Shown here piece by piece: positions 46,311 through 59,505 of a DNA stretch of 64,000 nt; positions within the stretch are counted from its first letter, which is position 1, and every line of letters starts with the position of its first letter. The notes under the pieces were generated by a model that was not told the origin of the DNA, did not search any database, and saw only the letters and a program-made list of their open reading frames with translations. A program made the position numbers and the translations under genes. The stretch comes from Hydrolagus colliei (lineage: Eukaryota), in assembly GCA_035084275.1 (NCBI GenBank), contig CM068762.1:4960001-5024000 (forward strand), given 5' to 3'.

Positions 46311-47004
46311 GTAAGTGAGCCTAGGGTTGGCACTGCGCTGGCAACCTGTGCCCAGAGAGGTCCATCTCCGCCAGAGCACACGCACTCATTCACTCACTCG
46401 CTCACTCTCATCACAGCGCTCCCTGCCCCACCACAGAGCACCATGCGCTCGACTGTCTCTCCCACCGTCCTGTCTGTCCAGAGAGCTCCGGTTCCTGCCT
46501 GCGTCTCTCCCTGTTGCCTTTGGCTCATTTGCTTCCGGGCCTGAAATGAGCAGCAAGATTCCCAAGTCAAGGCTTAAGGTCAAAACACTTGTCACAACTG
46601 AAGATACTTTTTCTTTAACAAAACAGTTTGATTTGATGGAATGTTCTGTGGCCTCTTTGGCAGCGAGTATGTATGACTGTCAGTTTTCAGGATGAAGTCA
46701 TCAGTAAATACAATTAAGCTCAACTATTAGTCCAGCTAAACTGGTCTCTGGTTTCTTACACCTCAAACTCCCCCCTGAGTATAACCTGTAAGACTGCTTC
46801 TTAAAATGTAACATGTCGGCAGAACATCCTCTCACCCGGTCTCTATTTGGAAGCCAGTTTTCAGCAGTTCTTAGAATGAAGCTTCAGAATGAAGGCAGTA
46901 TTAACAAAGTTCTTTTTTTTATAATTCTGGAAATTTAAGGCCCACCCTGTCTAGCCAGGCTGGGATGAGGGGAGCTTCAGGTCATGTGGTGTTGCTATTA
47001 TTTT

Positions 47005-47230
47005 CCATTCCGCAATCCCTCCGCCTTACCCACTCCCTAGCCCCCTTCAAGTCCCGCCTCAAGACCCTCCTCTTCGACTGTGTCATGGGTCAGCCACCCA
47101 CCCTACCTTCCATCCACCCTCCCCAATCCCGACCCCAGCTCGGGTCTGAAAACAAAATTGTCCAGTGCTTTGGGACGTCCTCCTGACGTGAAAGGCACTA
47201 TACAAGTGTCATTTTGTTGTTGTTAGTGTT
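47005..47230 (+). mobile_element. L2 3' end
   Basis: SIPQSLRLTHSLAPFKSRLKTLLFD plus tail. Confidence 0.8.
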
Positions 47231-47283
47231 GTTGTTTTAAATGTGCCCGATTGTAAATGTGCCCTCTCTCTTGTGGTCCCCAG

Positions 47284-47479
47284 CGCCCCGAGGTACACAT
47301 CTCTGGGAGTTTATCCGAGACATCCTACTGCGTCCAGAGGTCAACTCCGGCCTCCTGAAGTGGGAGGACAGGTCGGAGGGCATCTTCAAATTCCTCAAAT
47401 CAGAGGCCGTCGCTCAGCTATGGGGAGAGAAGAAGAAAAACAGCAGTATGACGTATGAGAAGCTGAGCCGAGCCATGAG
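47284..47479 (+). CDS. ELF3: ELF3 ETS domain exon 1
   Basis: [65 protein letters not shown]; cccag|CG .. AG|gtgagc; 196 nt. Confidence 0.95.
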
Positions 47480-47679
47480 GTGAGCGGAGGATAAAAGCGC
47501 TCGCCTTCCCCACCCCACCTACAGGCTCCCCCAGCACTCAGCCTCCCACCCCGTCGCTTGCCCATTCCCCCCGACACATAGCACTTTCAGCAGCACCCCT
47601 CCCACATCGGGGTCCCAAATTTCACTCATTTGTGCATAAGAGCAAGGTGACAGCCTAATGTAACCAGTGGCAATCTAAC

Positions 47680-48060
47680 CCTTGGGTGAAAAGGCTGTAG
47701 GTTTAAGCCCCAAGTTGGGGATTTTGAATAGTTTAACCTCCCCTCCCCTCCTGGGCTGGGGGAACACTGTGTTGTCTGTGATCCTGTCCTTCAGTTGAGG
47801 CATTAGACTGAGTTGTCGTCCGCCTGTTTAGATGGATGTTAAAGATTCCATGGCGCTATTTATAAAAGAGAAGGGAGCTTCTTTCTATCTGCCGGTGTCC
47901 TGGCCGACAATCCCCCAAATAACACTTCATCGATGTTTTGTGGGGAACTGGCTTCGACCTTCGCTTACAAAAATATGCAGTCACTACACTTTGTTCCAAT
48001 TTCTGGGAAGCACTTTGAGATGTTTGGAGGTTAGCTGCGCTGTGTCAAATGGAAGGATTA
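47680..48060 (+). mobile_element. Long-form Deu SINE in the last ELF3 intron
   Basis: Head remnant, Deu core and tail. Confidence 0.7.
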
Positions 48061-48158
48061 CCATTGTTGAGGAAGCTGCCCTCAGCAGCTGGGTCTGTCA
48101 CGATGGACGGGCACCTGACTTCCTGTTCTAATCTGTTTGCTCTCCCCCGCCCCCACAG

Positions 48159-48264
48159 ATATTACTACAAGCGGGAGATCCTCGAGCGAGTGGACGGGCG
48201 CCGTCTGGTCTACAAATTCGGGAAAAATTCCAGCGGTTGGAAAATGGGAGATCTGTCAGCCTGA
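48159..48264 (+). CDS. ELF3: ELF3 ETS domain exon 2 and stop
   Basis: cacag|A TAT; [34 protein letters not shown]; total CDS 1104 nt (367 aa). Confidence 0.95.
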
Positions 48265-49116
48265 CCTTGGAAACGAGACCCAGAGGCTTGACGTCCTCCT
48301 GACGTGAAAGGCGCTACACGAGTGTAATTTTGTTGTTGACGCACTCCTGTTTGCCGGCAAACAGAGACAATAGCTCACCTGAGCCGCGAGCCACCCCCCT
48401 CCACTAGGGTTCAGGCGTTCTTCCTGGGCTGTTACTGGTGTGAGACCCGATGCGTGCGTTATTTTTTATGTGGATCTCTTCAGACTCCAGCCTTTTGAGG
48501 GCAAAGTGTGTGTGCTGTCAAGGTGGCACGGGATACAGTAAGCCTATATTTCGGCTAAAGTAGGTTATTAAAACCAATTGAACTGTTATTGGACCAACCG
48601 GCAAGCTACAGGCATGGAACAAGCAGGAAGGGTGGTGGGAACAGAAGGAAAAAATGTGCCCCTAAATCTCACTCTGGCTTTGTGCTGGTGCTCACTGCTG
48701 TGTCGTTGTGGCTGCTGGCAGTATGTGCTGCGATTGTACAGAGGAAAATGTAGCTAATATTTCCGGGTGTATTTTGTTTTCTGCTTAACGCTTCAGTGTA
48801 TTTTGTATAAAGTGCCCCCTGCGGCGGTTCCTGTGTGTGCCCTCGGCGTGTAGATATGCTGATGATTTCAAGTACTTTACTGTAAAGAGGGAAATGAAGC
48901 AGCTGGCCTGCAGATCAGCCCTGGAAAAAATAAATAAGTTGTACATAGAGCCAGGGCTAAATAGCTCTCACACGGTAGATATTTTGTAAGAAATGTAAGT
49001 TTCACCCCCCTACCCCTGCCCCCCTCCCCCTCCACCCCACACTCCCCCAAAAAACATGTAATTCTGTGTTGCTCGCGTGTCTTTATAAATTTTTTATGGA
49101 TTATTAATATTTTGCA

Positions 49117-49122
49117 AATAAA
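49117..49122 (+). terminator. Candidate ELF3 polyadenylation signal (another AATAAA at 48929)
   Basis: AATAAA in a U-rich context about 850 nt after the stop. Confidence 0.45.
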
Positions 49123-49514
49123 AATGAAGCCAGAAACACGGCTGTAGGTGTATGAATTGGGACGGGGTGCTGGGTGGCAGGGCTGGGGGTTGGTGTCTGT
49201 GCGGTGGGGGAGGGGGTACAGGGCGGGGGGAATGTCAGTGAAGGACCATGCGCAGGATCCAGCTAATCCGCCACTATACTCACCCACACTAAACTGTGCG
49301 CCCCCTTCACACCAGTTCCAGCCAGTGTTCAACTGGCTCCCTATTGCCGAACAGATTGATTTCAAGATCCATGCACTCGTTTTCAAATCCCTCCATGCCC
49401 AGCCACCTCCTTGGCTCTCTGGCCTGCTTAACCCACAACCTGCTGCCTCTGCTCCACTGGCTCAAACCGTCTGTACGTACCTCGTGCCCTCCGTTCCACC
49501 ATCGGTTGCTGCCT

Positions 49515-49848
49515 GGAGCTCCTGCAGCTCAGTGGTTAGAGCACTTGCCTTACAAGCGTGAGACCTGTGTTTCGAATCCAGGCAGATCAGGGCGAAGCCT
49601 TGGGCAAGTTTCCTTACTCCACACGCCTGATAATAATCCCTCCAAAAAAAAAAAAAAAAAAAAAAAATTGTTAATTTCAATCCGCAACTGTTTGTGGGAC
49701 ACTGCTGTGCGCAATTGGCTGCCGCATTTCGCCCAAAAATATACAGTCAATTCACTTTACAGTATATTCTGTGAAGCGCTTTGAGACATCGATAAGATGT
49801 GAAAAGCACTAAATCAAATGCAAGGATTATTCTTATTTATTATTATTA
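49515..49848 (+). mobile_element. Young full-length Deu SINE inserted into an L2 remnant
   Basis: Closest to the SINE consensus; 24-nt internal A tract; L2 sequence continues on both sides (49280-49514, 49849-50060). Confidence 0.9.
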
Positions 49849-50529
49849 CACTTTCAGCCACTACACCTCAAAACTCTGGAATACTTCTTTTATACCTCCA
49901 CCTTGCCCTCTGCTTCTTGACCTTCAGGTCAAGCTTGAAGACCTTCCTATTCGACCATGCCTATGATCACCTACCCTCTGCTCAGAGTCCTGCTCCACTA
50001 CTCTCGAGCGCTCTGGAATGCCACCCTGCGTGAGAGGCACTATATAAATGCAAGTTGTTGCTGCTGCGGTGGGGGAACAGACTGAGTGGTACAAAACTTT
50101 CAAAATTGAAATGAGAATCGTTTCGGCCTTTCACACAGTGAGTTACTGTGAAGTACAGTAACTGTTATAGGCAAACGTTGCAGTTTATCGGCCCTCCCAC
50201 CCCAGCAACAGAGTGTCTGACATTCCCCAAAACCCATCACTGTGATCAGCTGGGTGTCTGACACACACACAGAAACCCATCCCATGCTAAAGAGTCCACA
50301 AAGCGATCTACTGCGAGCTTCACAAGTGTCAGGAGATTCCCATTGGGCTGCTTTGATGTCAGTTGTGAGTTGAACAATCTGCTTTTTGATGAGTTTGATG
50401 AAGGAGGAGATACAGTGTCTGGGAGAAAATCTGAAATCCCAACCGCACACTCCCCGGTGCCTCTTCAGCCAAACAAGATACAACCTGGGCTTCAACCTTT
50501 AATCCAACCTCAGATAGAAAGGTGGTTAT

Positions 50530-50865
50530 AATAAATAAAAATAATCCTTGCATTTGATGTAGTGCCTTGTCATGTCTTTGAGACATCTCAAAGTGCTTCA
50601 AAGAATATAATGTAAAGAGAATTGATTGTACATTTTGAGGGTGAAACACAGCAGCCAATTTCCCACAGCAGTGTTAATTTATTTTATTTTTTTCTTTGAC
50701 GAATTATTACTCCTGGAAAAGCGATCCGTCAATCAATTAACAACCGGATTCCTACTTACTGCTAGGTAAACAGAGGTGTATGGAGTAAGAAAACGTGCCC
50801 GTCGTTTTGCCCTGCCGGGAATCAAACCCAGGTCTCTCGATTGTGGGGAGCGTGCTACAGGGCTC
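50530..50865 (-). mobile_element. Deu SINE
   Basis: Head remnant, body and tail. Confidence 0.75.
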
Positions 50866-51039
50866 CACTGGTTGACAGGGAGGAAGTAGAGATTAGGGCT
50901 AAAAGAATGTTTTTCCAGTTGGCGAAATGTCATTATTGTCATTATCTTTTCTGTATAAATGACCTTCAGGGGGGTCTATCAGAGAGTCCTAAACCTCAGG
51001 GTTGGTCCTTGAACTATACTCACAATAGGGTGAATAAGG

Positions 51040-51335
51040 AAAAACTCGTGGTCACAGATTTAAAATAGTTTCAAAACGAAGCAGAGGGGAGTTGAGGAGA
51101 AATGTTTTCTTTCAGCCGGTTGTTCGAATCTGGAATGCATTGCCTGAAAAGGTGATGGAGGCCGATTCGATAATAGCTTTTAAAAGAGAATTCGATCTTT
51201 ATTTAGGGAGAACAGGTCTGTTAGGTTATGGGGAGAGAGCTGGGCAGTGGGATTGAGTTGCTCTTTTTAAAGAGCCAGCGCAGACTAGATGGGCCGAATG
51301 GCCTCCTTTTGTGCCATAAAATTCTATGATTTTAT
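51040..51335 (+). mobile_element. CR1 3' end
   Basis: FFQPVVRIWNALPEKVMEADSIIAFKREFD remnants and terminal gatgggccgaatggcctcc..attctatgat. Confidence 0.8.
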
Positions 51336-51754
51336 GATAAACAACAATATCTTTTTAAAATATTTTCTTGCGTGACTTCATTGTTGCAAACACGTCAACT
51401 CGCGATCAAAGCAACAACAACTTGCATTTTTATTGAGCCCCACTCCCCGAGCTTTTAATCACCTGAGTGTCTGACACACAGCAAAACCGCGATCAGCCAG
51501 GTGTCTGACACACGTGGAAACATAGTGTGGGCGTCACATAGTGTGGACATCTTGCTTAACAGACAGGATTGCGAGTACATTCACGGTATCCTGGATCATT
51601 GTTAGATCTGAGTGAGTTTATACTGAGACTCATCTTGGAGAAAGAGCGTTGACCTTCACGGACTGTTACTGGCAATGTTAAGACCATGCGAAGAACAACT
51701 GCTCCATTTGTAAATGTTGACTCCACCAAGTGATTCTGTTCCATACACAGTTCT

Positions 51755-51995
51755 TCAATTCCAGGCAGGGCAGTACCTTGGGCAAGTTTCCTTACACCAC
51801 ATACCTGATAATCCCTCAAAAAAAATGTGCTCACTCAATTCGTGACTGTTTGTGGGACCCTGCTGTGCGCAATTGGCTGCTGCGTTTCACCCACAAATAT
51901 ACAGTTGGTCACTCTACAGTATATTCTGCGAAGCGCTTTGAGACGTCAAGAAGACGTAAAAAGCATTTCATCAAATGCAAAGATCAATATTATTT
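51755..51995 (+). mobile_element. Deu SINE
   Basis: Body and tail. Confidence 0.8.
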
Positions 51996-53439
51996 ATTTC
52001 TCATAGTTTTCTCACTCAATGTGTGATATGATATTCAGAAAATGAGCAGTCTGCATTGCAATCTCTTTTCTATAACTACTAAAATAAGCTTGATAGATGT
52101 TAGATATGGCTCCTGCTCTCCACACTGCCTCTTACTTTGTCTGACCTCCTGGAGCTGACTCCTATTTCCAACTCTGGCTGCTCTTGTTGTCATTCACCGT
52201 GTTGTACAAGGCAGTGCCCGTTGGTACATGGCATGCATGGAGGCTCAGCTGGGAGATAAAGGCATCAATCATATCCTCGCACGCTCAGACCTCGGGGCGC
52301 TAAGCCATCTTTACCTGGTTACGGTTAATCAGCCTTAATGGACACGGTATCAAAGTTGGCAAGTTGGCAAATTATAGCAAGGTGGGAGGTGTTGTCAACA
52401 GTGAAGAGGATGATGAAACCTAAATAGATTACAATAATGGGCAGATGAAGTTTAATGAAGAAATATGAGCCGATTTATTTTAGTCAAAAAAAACGATGGT
52501 TGGGAATATATATTGACTGACAGTGTCTTACAGTTAGCCCACAAATATACAGTCAATTCACTTTACAGTACATTCTGTGAAGCACTTTGAGACATCTAGA
52601 AGATGTGAAAAAGCGCTATATCAAATGCAAGGTTATATATATTATTATTATTACATTTAGCTAATGGATGTGTGTGTGTGTGGTGGGAGAGGGGGGTGAG
52701 GATGGGACTGGGGTGACGGAAGTGGAGTGGAGGTGGGGGAGGTGAGCGGAGAGATGGAGGGGACCAAAGACTCAGTCAAAGAAAGAAGTCTTCATGTGTA
52801 ATTTGAAGATGGGCAAAGAAGGGGCAGGATGGGGGGGATTGAGGCAGGATGGTCCATAGTGCGGTCACACAACAATGTTCTGACACTACATGAGGCAGCT
52901 GTATCAAATTCAAGGATTATATTATTATTAGTTACTCCTCACTTTGGTATCCATTCATCTGAATTCCATTTCCTTTCACTAAAAGGTGCTGGTCTGCATT
53001 CCTTCTGTTAATGTATTAGCCAGAGCAGCTCTGAAAGCTGCCTGACCTGTGTCCAGCTCGCTGTGTATCCTGCAGGTGTGTCTGGGTCACTGCCAGAGGT
53101 CGACTCATTCACGCACCTTACCGTAAGTGGATCAGCTTGGAGCGGTAACCACAGGGTGGAGATGGGAAAGAATGCCATGAGCTCATAGTTTTAAACAGCC
53201 GGTGGGGCTGGGTTACACGATAGCATCACAACCTATTTGTCCATTTCATTAGCTGTTTGTTAGAAGGTTACAGGCTCCTTTCTATGTTGTGGCTGATCAG
53301 CAGCAAAGGCTGTGGGTTAACCCTACGAATGATGGAATACATTTTGAGGGCAGGAGCAATGTACGAGTATGTAAATTCATAGCAAGTGGCTAGCCAGAGG
53401 TATAGGCTGAAATGTGTTTCCATGGAGCATGCCTGTGCT

Positions 53440-54130
53440 ACGTTCACATTATATTCTCAACGTTCTCTCCGTCAATCAACAACCACCTGTACGGCGCCAT
53501 CCTCGTGGTCAGTATCTGGGAGCGCTTCATAGCTGTTTGTTTGATCCTCGCCTTCTCGCTCCACGGTTGGCATCCGTGCTTTCAGCCACCACTCCCCATA
53601 ACTCTGGAACTCCCTCGATCCCTCCCTCAATCCCTCCCCCTCCCTCCTCACTTTGAAATCCCGCCTAAAGACCTTACTTTTTGATTGCGCTTACGGTCGT
53701 CGTCCCCCGACTCCCCCTACTCTCCCACTCTCAAGCCCTTCGGGATGGCGCGCTTAGCCCACGTGAAGGGTTGAACCTTGAATTTGATATATAAATGCAA
53801 ATTGTTGTTGTTGATGCTGCTGAAGGGGAGGTGACCAAAGGCATGGTCAAAGAATATGATTTTTAAGACTGACAAAGTGGAGGCAAGATTGGTTGGGGGG
53901 GGAATTGAGGCAGGGACTTCCAGAGATTCAGGGCGGCGGGGCTGGAAGCACTGCCGATGGTGGTGGAGCGGAGAGGATGAGGGGCGTACAGAAGAGCTGA
54001 GCCAGGTGGCTGAAGGCAGTGGGAACTGGAATGACGTGTGAGCTGATCAGAGAGGTGGAGAGATTTGACAGTGAGTGCGAGGACCTTGAATTTGACCCTG
54101 ATTATACTGATTCTCAAAAAGCACAGTAAA
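53440..54130. mobile_element. Two tail-to-tail decayed L2 3' fragments
   Basis: L2 C-terminal remnants on + (to about 53810) and on - (53810-54130). Confidence 0.6.
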
Positions 54131-56355
54131 CGACTGAGACCATTTTGCCCCTCTGCCTGTAAACGTTTCCAGTGCCTCCGTTTGCCCACAATCCACAGCC
54201 TGCAATCCACACTTTCTGTTACCTGTCCACATGCCTCAATTTACTTTACTTTCCTACTGTGTTCAGCTCTGGTTGCTGCCAGAATCCAGATTCCCACCCA
54301 TCCACCCACACCACACACAGAGTAACGCTACATTGAGAGCGTTCAATCACCAGCAAACTGAAGGGTAGCAAGCAACAGCGAGAGACACCAGCACTTGTCA
54401 CGCATCAAATCAAGTAACAAAGATTCTCCTCAGTGGCTTGCCACTTGGCTGAATTACTGTGGGAATATTCCAATCGACAGTCAAACCAGAGATCTGCTCG
54501 TTGATTAGTTTCACTTGTAAAATCCTGATCCTTGAGCCCTGATTGAGTTGTCTCAATTCATTGACTTTGTTCCAGGAATGTGAAGCAGGTGCTAGTTTGT
54601 AATGATTCATGCGTTCCTTATGGTATTATCGCACATGTAGCATGTCAGACAGATCGCGATCCTTCTGTCAATCAATTCACAATGATCAATTTGGATGAAG
54701 AAGATCGTTCATCCCAGCCGATCTCATGCCTCCAGAAACCCCACCCTAGTGTTATCACGGCAATAAATTGAGTCCCAGTGTCCTGGCCTCAACCACCTTT
54801 CTTGGCAATCATGTACCAGTCATAAATTACCTTCTGGAGTCGTAAACACACAGCTCCTGGTATCTGTCCTGAAATTGCCATGGAACCCATGGCCTCTGTC
54901 TCTATGTTCTGGGTTTACATTCGATGTGAAATCTTACAAAGCTTTAGAAGGCCCCCTGTAAGATGTCTGTTTCAAAACTGAAGAGCCTGAGCTTATGCAA
55001 TCATTGTCAAAGGTCCTGTTGAACAGTGTTGCCTCCTACAATCACTAAAACCTCATGGTTTAGCCCAGGGGAGTGGGCACAGCTGGCCTCTTACTCAGAA
55101 CAACAACAAAATTGCATTCATAGAGCGCCTTTCATGTTGGGAGGACATGAAGGCACTGAACAGTCAGGTTGGGACCCGAGCAAGGGAGAGGTGCAGGGTA
55201 GACGGGAGGGTCGGGAGAGAGTTGGCGGGGAATGCCCACCTTCACCCCCCCTGGGTGCTTTTAAACCCAATATATCAACAATGACAACAACAATAACTTG
55301 CATTTATATATCACCCTTCACCCGGGGTATCCTGGAGGTCTTGACAGTGGCGGAGTCTGACAATGAGGCAGATTGGAAGGCAGGGCGGGAGGGAGGGGGG
55401 GCAAGGTGGAGCGATTGAGGGAGAGAGTTCCAGAGTTACTTGAATAAGAAACACAAGTACTGGTTAGCAATTCTGTTGTAGCATCTGAGAACATTGTGCC
55501 AGGAATTTCCACTTGTTCAGTCTATGGCAGTGAGCCCTGCTACCTTGAAACAAACAGATTTCATTTTCACTTAAAGGAGTAAGATCAGATTCTGTGAGTA
55601 AGGTAACCCACCTTGGAGATGTTTTCCTGCGGAGGTGGCAGACGGCATTGGAATTCTCAGTCTGGATTGGAGACTCTTAAACTCAGTCATGCGTTTGAAA
55701 GGCCTTAAAGGTGAGGATGGATTTGAATGCTATTCTCTGTTAGGCAAGTAAGGAAACTTGAAAGGTCATGTCTGCTTCTTCAGGCGGCCATTAAGGATCC
55801 CACATCTTCCTGACACAAAAGGTGTTTATAAAACCCAGGCTTAGGATCAATTAATGAGGCAAACATTGCAATATTACTTAACCTATTCCTTGTGCTTATA
55901 AAGCCCCAGTACATCAAACAACAGCCAAATTGCACTCAATCCATACTGTTGGTGGAACCACAATTATTACGAAAGTGCCTGTTTTTCCTGTGAAAAGATT
56001 GTGAAAGTGAATCAATGTGAACCTCTGTTCGAGTTCTGCTGGTTTGCTATATTTGAAGCCAGACTTAATGAGCCAAATGCGAATCACTAGCCTCGACACA
56101 GGAAGAGAGCCTCCTAAACCCGCAGGTGTCCTTTAGTAAATTGGATGACTGATATCACTTAGGACTTTGACCTATTATCGCTTCCATTAAATCTGAGTTA
56201 ATCAGTATAGAGGCATAGATTGGGCGGTTGGTGTTTTACTTTTCGATGGAGAATACTGATGTTTCATTCGCCTTTTGGGGGGCATTTTTGTTGGTGTTTT
56301 TAACAATCTTTTCTACGGGTGACGCACATCGAGTGACGCCCTGAATACGGCCATA

Positions 56356-56939
56356 CAGTGGACCCTCGCCGAATGCAGGGGTTACGTTTCTGGAAAACAC
56401 CGCCCTCGGTAAAATCATGTTCGGTCAGCTTAATAAGTAACGGGGCAAAAGGGGTTAGGGGAATCCATCCACAGGCTATCCAACCTCAAGCCTCCAGGTA
56501 CATCCACACCTGACCAACGCAAGGTACATACTGAGGTGGGCTACAGCCGACTGGCCCCCTCTCCCTGCTCTTCACTCTCACTGACTCACTGGAGACAATA
56601 AAACAGCACCTTACACTACCACAGCTTGGCTAAATTATTTTACTTTAATCCTGGAAGTGTTAGGCTATATGAATACAGTAAATATGAACGAAACAACCTT
56701 GATTTATCAATTAATAATGATGTTGATGAGGCTGGTGAACTTGGAGAGGGGTTAACAGTCCGAGGACGAGGAATCGTTGGACTTCAGCGGGAGGTGGCGG
56801 TGTCCTCCCAAGTGAGCATGCACGCGGGGCCAGCCGGCGCGTATCATCAAATTTCACTCTCAAAAAAGTGCCGCATTTATTTCTTCGCATATAGTCGAAA
56901 TCGCACTCGAAAAAAGTTGCGTTCGGCAAGGGTTTACTG
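56356..56939. mobile_element. pogo/Tigger-like non-autonomous DNA transposon
   Basis: TA|CAGTGGACCCTCGCCGAATGC ... GCGTTCGGCAAGGGTTTACTG|TA; TA TSD on both sides. Confidence 0.8.
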
Positions 56940-58924
56940 TATTCATAATTGAAAATAACGGAACAAAACGTCTCAAAGAGCTTGACCAATATGGAAAACA
57001 TCGAGGAGAGAAACGAGCGGTTTAAGTATGTTGCTGATTCACTTCATGGGGGGTTGTGGGCCACAGCTGCATGCTTGCATTTGCCAACAAACACACAGTC
57101 ACTTCACTTTACAGTAAGCACTGCGAAGCACTTTGAGACGGCTTCCTGGTGTGGTTAGAGAAATATCAAACGTATGGATTCTTCTTATTTTTATTATTGA
57201 CCAAAGGGACAGTTGGCATTTCAGGAGGGTTTGAAGGCAGGAGAGCTTTTATTATTTTTGTCTCTTTTCTGGGTGAAGTTGACATGATGTCAGGAGGAGG
57301 CTGATGGACAGTATGATTACAGTATGTTCTGTAAGCAGCAAAACTATTTGCTGAAGTAAGCTGGCCCTTTGAACAGATCGCTCCAAGTGTTGGAAACGTG
57401 TAACTCTGGCTCTGGACCAGGGAGAGCCAAACCCTATCGTAGCAAGTTTCGATTCTCTGAAGTGTTTGGTTTCATTTCTTACTCATGACATTCTGTCTGT
57501 CAGCATGTGTTCATCAAGTGAACCTTCCCTATGTCTCAGGGCTGCTGCTCGCTCCACCCTGATGTTCTCTATTCCTACTCATGGCTTTCCCCCGTCAACA
57601 TGTCTGTGTGGGCTCTTTCTACTCTACCCTTGACCTATTCCCATTGCCTGAAGTCCCAGTACAGGCAATTAAAGCGTAGTGACTATGTATTTGTAAGATG
57701 AACGTGGCAGCCAATTTGCGCATAGCAGATTAAATGAATGATTGATTTTATCTGGGTAATTGTTTGAAGACTTCAGCCTTTGCCCTTTAACCTTCACCTG
57801 TCTTGTTTATTCCGTAAGAAGTGGTAAGAATGTCTGGAGGGAAGATCTCCAGGTTGAAGACCGGCTAGAAGCCAATGACCAGGGCTCTAGGCTTGCGTCT
57901 GCCGTGACACAGTGAAGCCCAGACCGGACAAACACACCACTACCTCCATCACAGCTCTGAGCTGCCATCCCGCAGAAAGGACCCTACGGGAGGCAAAACT
58001 TGCCTCTTATTCTACGTCAGGGCCCCAATTCAGCATTAATATCTTCTCACCGTTGGACGCAAGGCAAATGGTGTGCACTGTGTTGTCTGTCATTTGAGTT
58101 GTTAGGTGAATAACAACTGATGGTGAATATCGTCCACCATCAGGTGGACGATATTCAGACACCTGGAGCTGATCATTTAAAGCAACAGTGCGAGGCACTG
58201 TCTGGTCTGGTCTGTTAACTGCCCCCCTCCCCCACCCCCAATCCATTGTGTCTGTGCTGATGCTCGCTCCCCCACTGATGAGAGTAACACTGAGAGTGAG
58301 ATTGAAACAGGATTCTAAACTCACGACGATGACAATTGCTCACAGACCCCAGCGGCCATGCGGTTTCTCTCTGAGAGCCTCTCTCCTAATCTAACTAATC
58401 CGCACGTGTGATCCGTTTTATTAGTGGCGTGGTGATTAAAAGCACCTCCGTGTGTTTGAACACTGGCTAGCCCATGGGCTGTCAGCACCTCGGGACGTCC
58501 TCCTGACATGAAAGGCGCTATACAAGTGTAATGTTGTTGTTGTTGGCTTAACCTGCGCTTTAGACACAATTTAACTTGTTTTCAGTTCAAAGCACATGAT
58601 TTATGGCATACACAAGACATGTGTAAGATTCAGCTGTCCAGGTGACTCAGCCTGTATCGATCTTGTGTTTGAGTCAGATGGTTGTGAGTCCCAACTCAAC
58701 ATTGAGACGGAGGGCTGACCCTCCATTATAGCGCTACTTTCTGTCCAACAGGTGAGACATTAAACTGAGGTCACGGCTGTATCAGTCCAGGTGTTCATTA
58801 AATTTCCTTAAAAATCCTGCTGTGCTCTTTGAAAAGAGAAGAGCGTTTCTCTCTCCTGTAGTTATGGCCAACAATCCCCCAGATAAAATAAGTCATTCAA
58901 TTTGTGCCTGTTTGTTTGGTGCGT

Positions 58925-59505
58925 GACTGATGCATTTCCCCAGTTCCTCCATTCATAGGCTGCAGGCCATCCAAAACTCTGCAGCCCGTGTACTATCCCG
59001 CACCCGCCTCCGCGACCACATAACCCCCACCCTCGCCCGTCTCCACTGGCTCCCCATCCTCCAGAGGATCGAGTTTAAGATCCTCGTCCTCACCTACAAG
59101 GCCTTACACGGCCTTGCCCCACCCTACCTAACCGATCTACTCTCCCCCTACACGCCCACCCGGACCCTCCGTTCATCAGGACTTGGCCTGCTCCAAGCCC
59201 CCCGCCCGAACCGCCCCACCATCGGAGGCCGGGCCTTCAGTTTCTCCGCTCCCACCCTATGGAATGCCATCCCTCAATCCCTCCGTTTCGTCTCTTCCCT
59301 TTCCTCTTTCAAGGCCGGTTTGAAGACTTTCCTCTTCGACCGTGCCTTTTGTTCCACCCCGAACTCTTTTACCTCCCCTTCGTGTTTCACCCCTTCCCAA
59401 ACACTCCCCTCCCAGCTCGGGTCACACGCCTCCTGTTCAGCGCCTTGGGACGTCCTCCCGACGTGAAAGGCGCTCTATAAATGTAAATTGTTGTTGTTGT
59501 TGCTG
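58925..59505 (+). mobile_element. Young L2 3' end with open ORF2 C-terminus
   Basis: 178-aa open frame IQNSAARVLSRTRLRDHITPTLARLHWLPILQRIEFKIL..; intact stem-loop and (GTT)n. Confidence 0.92.

Noticed and set aside
40513-48264. Calling the ETS gene EHF, ELF5 or SPDEF
   Set aside because: The SAR exon and AT-hook exon plus KFGKNSSGW are ELF3 features; a phylogeny would be needed to exclude an unrecognised paralog.
51556-54610. ORFs 51556-51834 and 54410-54610 as exons of a downstream gene
   Set aside because: No recognisable homology or consistent splice chain; the first starts in a SINE.
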